Origin: Phoronis australis | Lineage: Eukaryota; Animalia; Phoronida | Assembly (NCBI GenBank): GCA_002633005.1 | Contig: NMRA01000831.1 | Span: forward strand, 25,092-89,091 | Reading direction: 5' to 3' | Length of the DNA stretch: 64,000 nt | Shown: positions 40,101-52,100 of the stretch, one piece after another | Layout: each line of letters starts with the position of its first letter | Numbering within the stretch: the stretch's first letter is position 1 | Notes under the pieces: generated by a model | Told to the model about the DNA's origin: nothing | The model's database searches: none | Seen by the model: only the letters and a program-made list of their open reading frames with translations | Position numbers and translations under genes: made by a program

Positions 40101-43100
40101 GGATTAACGGCAGGTTTAAGTACAAATTAGTGCCAATATTCATTTCTTATCGATGCTATGCTACCCGTTTCATGAATGGATAGTTCCCAACTAATGTCTT
40201 TGAGGACAGGTTAATGTATGTAGCGCGAGCTTCCTGGCCACGTGCGTTTAACACCGAGTTATTTTTATTCATGAGATAGTCGATGTGTCTACTGAAAGGT
40301 CAGACCATAGTGGGACACGGTCGTCACGAGAGCGTAGCAACGCTGTTGCATTCTTTTTGAAGCACTGCGTTACTTTGAAGTGTAAAGTCACAGCTATATA
40401 TAAACGTAGCAGTGCCACTGGTGGTCTAGAAGACCCGTGCAAAATTTTTTTTGATAAATTGAAGACGTTACTGTAGCTGAGTTAGCATGTATGCGTTCAT
40501 GGACTGGACGCTTATTTCACCAAAGTCTGAAAACGCGTGGGGGGGCAAGGGCAGTTATTACGGCGAATACGGTAACTGCTTTTTGTTCATACCTGCCATA
40601 AGAGATCTAGCTGTGAATTGACACCCAATGTGAAGTATTTGTTCAGGGTTAATGCCCACATTCACCTAAACACACCCTCCTCCCATAATTTTCTAAATTT
40701 TCATTTTTATACGAATGCACATAATTATCAAAACTGCCGCCAGGGGCCTTAGAATATGCTGGAGCCGTGCGAAACTGGGCAGGTGTAACCTTCTTTATAG
40801 AAAAACATAACTCAAACTTTATGAAGTGCCACCAAGAGACTTCACACCGGCAAATGCAAAGAGAGGAAATTGCTACAAAGAGGCAGGGCACAAGTCAGAT
40901 CCGTACTGAAGTCAAGGTAAAAAGTATTTACATTGACCCAAAAAATTAGGCCAACCAAAGAGAATGACAACGCTTTAAAGAAGTTGGTAGATATTGAAGC
41001 ATCCACAAAAAAATAAAACTGGTACTAGATTGCATAACAACTGTTGCATTAGTTCAAAATCAATGCCAGTCTCTTGAATAGAAACATGATCAGTCAAATT
41101 CTATGGTGATCCTTCACCAAACTAGGTGGATATTGCGGTCTGCATAAAAACCCAATACTGCCATTAAGGAACATAAAGGTATTCAGATTCCCAAATTCAC
41201 TAAGAACATCAATGATGACGACCCTTCAAAACAATTGGAACATAGAAAAACACTGAAATTGTTATTAGGAAGTATGGTAAGATGTTGCCACTAAGTGACA
41301 CAGGATGAGCAGCTAAATTTGTCCAGCAGACATCCTCATTCGTGGTCATAACTTGATCATGGGTGCATAGCATCTACAACAGCAAATACAGCTTTGACTT
41401 ACACTTCCTCTATGTGGCCATCAGCTGTAGTCACATGCCCGATTTTAAGGTGATAACGAACACGATGGTGGCCATAATCACAATGAATTTCCATATCAGA
41501 CTGAGGTGTTGTGAAAACCTGGGCACTGCAAAATAAAAAATATGTCAGGAATAGGTTGACAATGATATTAGTTAAATGAATTTCAATTTATTAATCTGTT
41601 TGTACACTTGCAGATAAGACTTGATTGAAACAGACCTTTGAGGTCAGGAAATTGATGATGTATTTTGTATACCAAAAAATATTGTGCAACACTCTAGAAG
41701 ATTCTAGCATTTAGGTGAATGATGTAATCTAGAACACTCTAGAGCCTAGTATTTATTTGAGGAAAATACATGAAGTTCTAGAATGTGCTTTAATTGGCGT
41801 TTCGTTCCAGAATACTGTGAAAGGGTGAGAACAAAAGGCAAACCCGCGAGGCTGAAAAGCAGATGGAGAGTAAAACAATGGAACAAAAGAGGGCACTAGC
41901 CACAATAAAAGCTGAGCAGGTTGCAACCGAGGGTTGCCCAGTGAGGACAACTGGTGGCGCCAAACTGCAGCTACCTAAGTTTAACGAAAAGCAGGACGAT
42001 GTGGAAAACTTCCTGCAAAGGTTCAAAGGATATGCCAAGACTTCAGGTTGGATTCAGAGTAAATGGGCAATTAGACTCAGTCCCCTGTTAACACAAGGGC
42101 TACAACCTACCTATGAATATGCAGTGGACTATGTGACACTCAAAAGGGCTTTGCTGAAGTGGTATGAACTCACTAAAAAGGAATTTCGCAAGCAGTTCTG
42201 ATAACCAAGAGCTGAGAGGGTCAAGATGGCTTACCAGTTTGTGGCCCTACCCAGACAGATGAATCAACATGTAGAAATTTGGCAAAGACCTTGATGAGTT
42301 GAGAGACCTGTTGGTACGTGAGCAGTAAATGAAAACCTGTGTTAGAGACCTGACCTTGTTCCTATGAGAATGGACACCCAAGCCTGTTTCAGAGATGGTT
42401 GACTTGGAAGACAGGTATGCTGAGGCCCATGAAGTTGATGTATCAAGCACTCGGTCGTCAATAAAAGAGTCCCAAGAATGACTAGTCAAGCCAGACACCC
42501 AGAAAGTCGACCAAAAGAAAACTGACCTCACAGAGGAAAGCTAGGTGCTTTCTCTGTCACAAAGCTGGACACTTGCCAAGAGACTGGTACACAAAAGTCA
42601 GCAGTAGTCTACCATCAAGGCTCCCAGAGTAAGGAGAGGGATTTGATGAAGCGTGCTAACCATGAAGGTGCCTTCAAAGGAAAGCTACATCTGAAGGACG
42701 GATACGTTGGCATGAAGAAGGTCTTGGTGCTGAGAGACAAAGGCTACACCATCACCATTGTGATTCGATCCAGTTTAGTTGAACTAAGAGTTATGACCTG
42801 CCCGAAGAGGTCATGCGAGTTGGCATACTCAACATAAAGACACCTTACAACATGGGAGAAGTGTTTGCGATGTGCATGAAACATCCAGTGGCAGAATCGA
42901 TTATCGAGAACGTCACTGGAGCCTTGGACTCTGGGGATATTGAGCAACAACAGACAACAGCCTAGTGGAGGGTACAAAAGATGACCCTCAAGTGGGTACT
43001 AGTGTGGAAATTATAAGGAGAGGTGAATTTCAATGGAACCAAGTGACAGCAAAAAGAAAGAGACTGTATTGGGGAAAACAAAAGCAAAAACAAGACTGAG

Positions 43101-46100
43101 GACAAAGGTTAATCCACATCCTGCCCCCCCACGAAACCAAAAAATATAACACCAGTCTAAACTGACAGTTCAAGAGGAAGTATGTCCAAAAACAACAGTG
43201 GTACAACGGTTAACGATAATATCCTGAGGTGGGTTGTTTTCACGTTACCACAAGAATAGTTGTGATCCTTCTCTAATTAACCATCTGAGAGAAATGCGCG
43301 GGGAGTAACTGTAAACAGTAACAGTTTGTGGAGACTTTTGATCATGCACAGACCTGTGTGAAAGAAGCTGTCACCTGCGTAGGCAGCAAATACCAATCTA
43401 AGTGTAGTAGTTGCAGAATCCTTTACGACAAAAAAGTGAGAGAAAAAGAATGCAAATTTTCTTCAATCCAAGGTTTTTCAAACTAGGCACAACCTCAATG
43501 TAACCCTTGTTGACATGCTCTTGAAACACATCACAATAGGCTTTGACTAAATCCAACTGTTGAAGTCTCCTAATAACTTGTGTCTTAAACAAACTGAGCT
43601 GATCAACATCAACATTTTCCTCATGAAATATTGTATCATTGTCCATAATTGAATGAGATTCCACGCAGAAACAAGTCATGGTCGGGACATTTGTCGCACA
43701 CGTGACATTTAATGTGCCAGACAAAACAGCTCCACCAATGTTTGACAACTGTACAGTTGGTCCATTCCCAGTGACCAGTTTGCCAATTAAAAACTTCCAC
43801 GCGGAATTGGCACCGATGAGCATGTCGACAATAAACGCCTCACCCTTGAAGTCATTTGTGAACTCAATACCATCTAAACACGACAGTCCACGTGCAAGTT
43901 TCCAACCACACTGGTTTATTGGGGCAACGATGTTTAAAGTTATTAAGATAGGGACGTCGATCACACCCTCAGACACAAACATCGGCTACACTTTTCCTCT
44001 AATAACTTCTCTGAGAACCCTCGTCAAAGAATACGCATACCGTAAAAACTTTACCGTTGTTGATGCCGTGCATCATTTTTTGTCATTGGTTATTGTGTTT
44101 TGTTTACATGTCACGCTGTTTATTTTCTTTATAGGTAGCAGTACATCTTTTGCCGCTGCGATTGGGTTTCTTTTAGTAAGCCGGTTCTTTCCAGTGACTA
44201 CAATAGCATTTGCATAGTCTAATAGTAGCTTGACCTGCCGGCTATTATAATGTATTAGCCTCTGTATGTTACACGGGTTTTGATGACTAGCGTTTCTCGT
44301 GTATAGCGGCATTCGTTGACAAGATCGTAAAGCGAATCATGTGTTTTCCTCAGATGCTGCAACTTTTATATTAAGCACAGACTGTTTACCAAACTGTTGT
44401 AAGTACTGAGTATTATGGCATAGCATGTTGTACTCATGTGTACCTACTAGCTAAGTTCAAAGCGTGTATAGTTGTTGTTTAACGTAGTTTCATTCAGCTG
44501 CTTGTTTGGCGTATATGTTGCGCGGTACCCGGTTCATAGAATAAATAGTTATGGGTCGCAGTTAGGCAGTTGTTTGTGTATGGTAATGGTTCGCAGTTGT
44601 AGAATAGATACAACGGGTTCCAGTTAATTGTGTATTGTTAGCGAGGTACATGTAGTATTTGACTGTCATAGATTCATTGTCGCGAGTCTTTCTAACGCTC
44701 TTGGTATATAGTGCTTGTTAATTATGCTTGCTTGCCGAGTACTCAGACTGTGTGTCTTCATTACAGATAACCACTTTTCGGTTTCTCCTTTTCAACGCTT
44801 GTTCGGACACTTTTCATCGCTTGCAACTAAATAATAAAGTGTGTTATGCAAATGGCTTTTATCTTATCCCTGTAGTCAGACGCGGCTTCAACCGTAAACA
44901 AAGGCGCTTTGTGAATAAAAAATCTTTTTTTGCATTTGTTACTCAGTCCACAACTCTCTACACTTGATTCTGCTGACAAGTAACACGCATGGACACAATT
45001 CGCACTGAGCGACACTGTTGACAAAGGTTGGGTGTCGGGCTCAACATAACTTGCATTATACCTCTCATCTAAATCAACACGATTGTCATCATATTTCTCC
45101 ACTCGATGTTTTAAGAACTTGAGGAACAAATCTAGGTCAAATGAGTCAATCTCGTCGTTCATGTCTCTCCTAACCACGCTTGGCAATTTTAACTCCAAAG
45201 TGGGAATCAACACTGTTGCATACTGCAGCCAATATCTACCTCCAAAGATTCTAACAAGCACACATCCAACATAACGCTGTTACAGAAATCTCTCAGGGAA
45301 CTCCCACAAATATGGGGATTGGGCATTTGAGTAAGCCCCAAAATGTGAGCAGTGATAATCTTCTTGGGCTCTCCAAAATTATCTAGCAAAGTATCAATGA
45401 GGATGGCAAAATTGACTAGACAGCGGAGAGTGCGTCTCCTGTTAACAATCCATACAAATAGTCAAACTTTTTCACGTCAGATATGTCTGAGCGACTATCA
45501 ACTTCAATTAGAAACCACTCCCACAATGCCGTCCACTCGGTCAGGAAAATTTGGGCAAACTCAATTTTGATAATTTTGACACTGAGACCATGGGTTCAAC
45601 TTTGACACTTGGCTTGCTTTCTAATTCAGTAAAACTGTCGGAAAAAATCTCTAACATGTTATAACTTAAGTTAAAAGAGTTCCGCAAGGTAATCTCAAGA
45701 GACTCACCCGAGGCCTGCTCTGCCTCTTCTTCTGACAACTTCACTCAATGTTTGGTTTATAGAAGGGCAGATGCCAAAAACAAACTCGAAAACAGTAAAA
45801 AGGCCACTAGGTGATGCCAAATACCTCAAATCCTTCTAAAAGCTGGAAGATGGCATCATGTCTCTAACAGATGCCTATATGCCAAATTTTATGAAAATCC
45901 GTTGAGTACCTCCAAAGATACAGAGGTAAGCATAAAAAACTAAAATTGCCATTAAGGTCATAGGCGGATTTGGGGGGGGCAAGGGGGCCCGGCCCGCCCC
46001 CTTGGCTGCCGCAAAAAAATAAAAATCAAGAACGTAGGGAATGTTGAGTTTATTAATTAACCCCGGTAATTAACATTATACGGCGGAAACAAGATTTAAA

Positions 46101-49100
46101 TGTGTGCATTTTTAGTGAGTTTGGGGGGGGGGCTCAGATCCAATTTCGAGTGTCAAATTCAGAACACGGCTCAACTGTAACAAAACTATGGCTAAGTATA
46201 GGCTCTCCCGCGATATCCCAGGAAGTGGGGCTGTGGATTATGACTCTGTTTCCGTCGTCTGCTTCACTGTGCAATGAAGAAAATTACTTCATTTTTTTAA
46301 AGAAAATGGAATCTGAGTGACGATGAAAAAACAGAAGCTGCTGGTAAGATGTGAATTTTAATTGAAGCCTTAATGAATCACTCAGAAACTCATAATTCTC
46401 TCTTTGTCAAACCTTAACTTAAGACGATTTCCAAAGCAATCAAGTCATTAATGTCAACACAAAAACGGATTTGGTCTTTTGGGCAATTGAAGACTATTTT
46501 AAATACAACAAATTTGTTACGAACTGATCGTACAAATATAAAAAGTGTAATAAGCATTACAAAAAGAAGTAGGTTTCGCACGCAAACGCTGTGGACCATA
46601 AACAATTAGGTCTCTTATTATCAAGAACATGAGTGAAGTCGTGGTGGTGCAGTGGTAAAGCACGCACGCTCTATCAGCCAGGTCGTGAGTTCGAGTCTGT
46701 GATCACTGCCGTTTTTCACGTTTGGCACGTTCCGTTTTTTTCTTTTTCTTTGCCTTTTTTTCTTGGATAATACTTCAGGAATCAAGGAAAATGCTTGATT
46801 TTTAGAGAAAAACAGAAAAATTTTCCTTGGTGGGAGGGGGGTCTGCCCCCCATTCAGTGCTATGCGCATCTAATCGTGCTTTGCACAAATGTTGGCCCCC
46901 CTTGTGATATCCTAGATCCGCCACTGAGGGTGCACACTGGAAGTCAAAGAGGTCCAAAATTCATCTTCATCTGTCATCAGCTTCATAGAAACACATCTGC
47001 CAAATCTCATCAAGATCCTGTGAGGAGCTCAGGAGAAACAGCTGCAGACGCCAAACAACGGGTGCCCGGACACCGAGATAGAGAGATGATGGCAACGTGC
47101 AACCACATAAACATATGTGGGATGCATAAAAATGGCCACTTCAATTGGCACAAAACACCTCAAATCTATCTGAAAATGGCAGGATAGCCTCAACTTACGA
47201 ATAGATGCCAATAATACAAATATTAAGAAAATCCGTTGAGGAACCTTGAAGATGAAGTAAAGGTAAAAAAATAAAAATTGCCTATAAGGGGCATACCGGT
47301 GGTCGGATCGGTCCGACAGTTCGCTCATGCTGTCTCATCTACGAAAGAAACACATGTCTGAAATTTAATGAACATACGTCAAAGGGTTTTGGAGATTGAG
47401 CAGACTGACGCCAGACGGACGGAAGGACAAATCCACCGGGATGATGGCATAATGCATCCATTTATAAATAATTATTATGTGGGTGCACAACAAGGACATT
47501 AAGCTGAGCAATTCCTTGACGTCAGAACGCCAATAACAGTCACTACAACTTCTAAATGACTACCTTGGTATCTTCACCAATCGGCCTGGAGAGACCGATT
47601 TGGCCAGCTACATGATCTAGTTGACCGTAGAAAACCAGTGAGAACAAGACCACGTCAGATTGGTACACTACTAAGGATCTAGTGAAGAAGGATGTGTAGG
47701 GGATGTTGAAGATGAACATCACTGAACCTTTTACTTCAGCTTACAGTGTCTAAAAAGGACAGTACCACTAGCCTAAGTGTTGATTCCTGGCGGTCAACTT
47801 CAGTGACCAAATTTGACAACGAACCCATGGGTAACCCAGAAGCCATTACTGCGGCTCCATGGTCAACATTTCTTCTCCAAGCTTGACTTAACAAAGGGCT
47901 ACTGGCAAATTCCCATGGATAAGGCATGTAAAGAGAAAACATCATTTGTGTGCAATTACCATTTGGTTTGGTGAACTCGGAGGCCATGTTCAACAGGATG
48001 ATGAAGAGGATGTTGGAAGACTCAGATAATGTCGAGCAGTTCATTGATGATGTGCTACTGCACTGTCTCCTGGGAAGAACATCTCCTTACACTGAGAGAC
48101 TTTATTCAGAGAGTAATTAAAAGGAGCAGGATCAACAACCAGACTGCTGAAGAGAACCATTGAGAATCAGGAGGTGGAGTTCCTTGCACATCATGTTGGG
48201 ATGAGCTAGATAGCTACGGACAACCAAAAGGTAATGAGGAACCAGGACGCACCAACGGCATCTACCAAGATGGAACTGCAGTCATTCCAAGGGCTTGAAG
48301 GGGAGTACAGGAAATTTGTGCCTTGAACTAAGCACAGATAACGACGTACGCTTTTAAAAAGTTCCCGCCATACATTTTTTTAGTTTTGGGGGTTTCAGTT
48401 AGCCAATATGAAATGAATGCCATGCAATCTAACTAAATAAGCACTTTTTATGCCAAATAGTCGTGAATTCTATAATTTTGAAGAAAAAACAGTTATTTTC
48501 AAGTTTCCCACCAAATGATCTAATGGGTGGAATTAAGACCTTAGGTCACCTGACAATCAAGTGCAAAGGCGGAACACAGCGTATCAGAAGACTAGGATGA
48601 TTTTGAGCAAGAACTGGATAATTATTATGCAAGACAGAGAGGAGAGTGGATACAGGCACCACACTCAGGTACTTGAAGAATCAGACAATGAATTTGATTT
48701 CCCACTTAGCAAACTTTTGTTGGCTTTGTGGCTGTATGAACTTGACCTACTTACATGAGAAATGCTGCAGACATACATGTTTGTGAGCCACTGCAAATTG
48801 AACCAAGGGGTGGCCAATAATCACAAAATAGACACTTAATAATCATTGACAAAGGCCACAGTAAACCTGGGTCACTCATACCTACTATTGTCATGATGGA
48901 ATGAGCATGGTCTAAACAAAATGCACAAGCCTATAGTGTCATAGCACTCGATCTGGGCTGAGGTCGAGGACCTGGCCTCACTCGCCCTAGATTGGAAGGA
49001 GTTTTTTCGTTATTTATAAAATTTACAAATACACTTACAAGGTGGCGAGTCCTTCATTGTAACCCCGCTTTTTGTGTTTGGTCCAAACGCGATTCCTTGA

Positions 49101-52100
49101 AATGTGCTGAACAAAGTGCGGCTACTGAACTGACTGAATCACATCTTCCACACTGACATTCCACCCTCGTGCTGTGCACAAACCAATGCCATTTATGAGC
49201 AACGTTCGCAATTTGAACACAAAGATGTTCTCAGTCAGGTTGCTGTTACTACAGCCGCCACAACCACACATTTTCGTATCTGAAAAAGGTGGATCTCCAC
49301 GGACTTTCCTCTTAACTCCTCAGTAAGGCACTGGTAAAAGCACTGGAGGAGACTGTTTTCTACCCAGTACATACAATCCCGACGACAGAAAAAAAGTTTT
49401 TTGCAACAGGTATATTAAACACTACTAAATCGCTTAAGATGAATTAACAAAATTCTTTTTGAGACACAGGGTCATGGTGGGAACTCTTTAACAAACCTAC
49501 CGAAGAAGGGCCAGTAATTAAAAGTCGTGAGGACTGATATTCATGACCAAGTCACGAAGCTAAAGAAAGCAGTTGGAAGTGGTCCAATCCTACAAGCACT
49601 TCACCCAGACATTCATCATCAGGACAGACGCATTGAATGATTTAGGTGCAGTTTTACTGCAAAGTTTGGCAATGAGACACTCCTTACTGCGCATGCTAGC
49701 CAAAAAGCTGAAAGGGAGTGAACAGCATTAATTCACAGAAGAAAATGAGTATAAATTGGGAATAGTGTTTGCTTCCAATTTTAGTTCCACAAGACGGAAT
49801 TCATGGTGCAAACAGACCACAAGTCATTGGGTATATATTCAGCGCTTTACGATTGAGAGCCCCAGAGTTATGCAAAGGGCAATAAGAATGCAGAATTATA
49901 AATTCCATGTGGAAGATATCCTGAAAAACTCTAACATTGGAACTTAAGTCGACTAACGGATACAAGTCAGGGAGCACCTTAGAGAAGGACACAGAATCAG
50001 AAGATTATATATAAAAAATTATTGAGTAAGTGTCTCTTTGGCAGGGGTGTGTTGTCAGGAGAAAACTGACACTGTTCTTAGTTTAACTTTATTCTGACCT
50101 CCTTCGTGACTAATGACATTTTCTAATAATACAACTAAAATTTGAAGCCTTTATTCATTGAAAATAAATAGTCCTTAAACTACAAGCGTTGCATGAAAAG
50201 ATCCCAACTACATTTCAGTGATAATGTCAATTCAATGTAGAAAGCACTCTTGCCTTGAATCAAAGCTGAAAATTGAACAGGTATTGAAACTAAAACAGTA
50301 TAAGAAAGGACCTTCAGTGTTTTCACAAATCCACAAGATTAGATTGAGGGACCTTAGTGGAGTCCCTATTAGGGACTGCTTCATGAAACCATGCACTGGG
50401 AGAGACTAATAAGATTACCATGACCTGAGAGTGATGCAAAGAGATCCTAAACTTCTTTGATGAACACCAGGGGGGATGCAATCAATTTGATGCCTTTTTT
50501 CTATTACAGAAGCTACGGCGCATTTCAACTCCAACGCATCTTCCCTTACCTTTCCCACTAACTCCTCCCCACTAATGACAGTGGAGTTACAGCTAGTTTG
50601 CACTGAATTGAACACGTGTTTTTCAAAGAAAAAGCTCCAAGTCAATTGGTCTCAAAATGTTAAAAGGGCAAGGCAACCATTTTTGGGGTCAGTTTTGATT
50701 AAATTACAATTTTATGCTTATCTTAGATGAACTTTCAAGTTAATTAAATTCACCTAGGTTCCAATTAATTATACATACGTCTCTACAAAAGTGACGTTCA
50801 TGGCTCAAACCATCCCACCAGCTTTGTTAGTGTGATGATCCACTGTGGATATCTGTTCATTTCATATTTCTAAATAATTATCGCAATTATTTGCTGCTGA
50901 CAAGTCTTCTTAAACAAGCGTAGAATGAACTGTAATTCAGTTGAGTGGGATTAAAGGAGCATGCCACCTAAAAAACAATCTAATTTGTATCAATTTAGAT
51001 TGAGTACTTCTACTCCATAACAGCACGTTCGGTTGCGTTACCAGACACCTGACGGCACACGGAGGTGTAGAAATTATCCAGTGACGTAATTGGTTTCACA
51101 CGCAGTCTGTTAGCAGTTCACAACACGGGTTACTGGTGTCAGCTTATCGCTTGAAGTCATCGTTTAACACCAATAAATCATCAAACTTCGATGTAAAACC
51201 ATTAAAAATACACCGAGTTCTTACAAAAACGTGTTGTTTTATTTCCATTGTTGCGGATTTATTGGTATTTGGACACACCGTAGCCTACAAAGTTCGGCAG
51301 GCCAATAAGGTGCATAGCATGAGTTTGGGGTCTGTTCGGAGATAAATTCGAAGTATTTTTCGATGAGATACTGACAGGAGAACCTAGATCTGTTTTGTTT
51401 AGACTTGTGATTTTTTTGAGTTCTAAACATACAAAACGCTTGTTATCCTGGCCAATGGCTCGGAGCCCGATCACTAGGCCACTCGGGCCGGCCAGCCGGC
51501 CGCATTGACTCCGAGCGTTATCCCGGCCAGTGGCTCGGAAACTGATTAGACATCAAGAACATAAACCAGCCAAAGTTGGAAACTAAACTTCCAGTCAAGA
51601 AAATACTATACTAGTGAGCCAAAGTAATGTGCACGTGATTATGTTGTTGGTGAATTAGCCACGAAACTGCAAATCTACTTACTCGTCGGGGGCCGCGAAT
51701 TCAGGTTCTGATACAATGAGTTGTCCACAGCACCGGCCCTCAGGGCAGAAGTTGTACATTGACAATCATTATTTGAATAATGTAAATGTAAATAATGATT
51801 CCCAAATACCTGGCCGTGGGATGGAAATGAGTTATTTCACAACAGTTTCTGCTAGCAAACACTAAATTAGCATGAGCTCACACGGCCTCAGTGTCCCGTT
51901 GATAGCACCTAAAGCCGGTAACGCTGTGATTTATCTATTGCTGGCTTCTCAAATCATTTGCAGTCACGAACACTCCAAAGGCATTACAAATTGCATCTAA
52001 TGAGACAGACTTTGTTTCACTTTTATATAAGTATTGGTTAGGGTGAGAATAATTCATTTTGAAACAGAACGCTCAGTAATAAATGTCAACGTGGCAACTC

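Larger units (their letters stand above)
37314..44224. repeat. Segmental duplication copy B (with additional HINE and mariner insertions)
   Basis: Matches 24245-28663 apart from insertions at 37467-38985 and 39693-40572 and different deletions in the BEL part. Confidence 0.92.
41543..50110 (+). mobile_element. Degenerate Gypsy LTR retrotransposon (Gmr1-like order) with nested insertions
   Basis: gag 41863-42201, knuckle CFLCHKAGH at about 42547, protease VLVLRDKG, RT about 47500-48325 (FSKLDLTKGYWQIP, FGLVNSEAMFNRMM, FIDDVLL), RNase H about 49470-49950, then a purine-rich tract and TGTCAGGA LTR start at 50053 resembling 41543. Confidence 0.75.

Noticed and set aside
48755-49096. Two exon-like segments (TFQGIAFGPNTKSGVTMKDSPP, AHKHVCLQHFS) on the minus strand
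   Set aside because: They lie inside an insertion within the Gypsy pol, and including them leaves phase 1, which does not fit the next exon (phase 2).
50550-50603. Exon-like segment QTSCNSTVISGEELVGK with a gtaagg donor
   Set aside because: Open only as phase 1 to 0, incompatible with the flanking phase 2 junctions.
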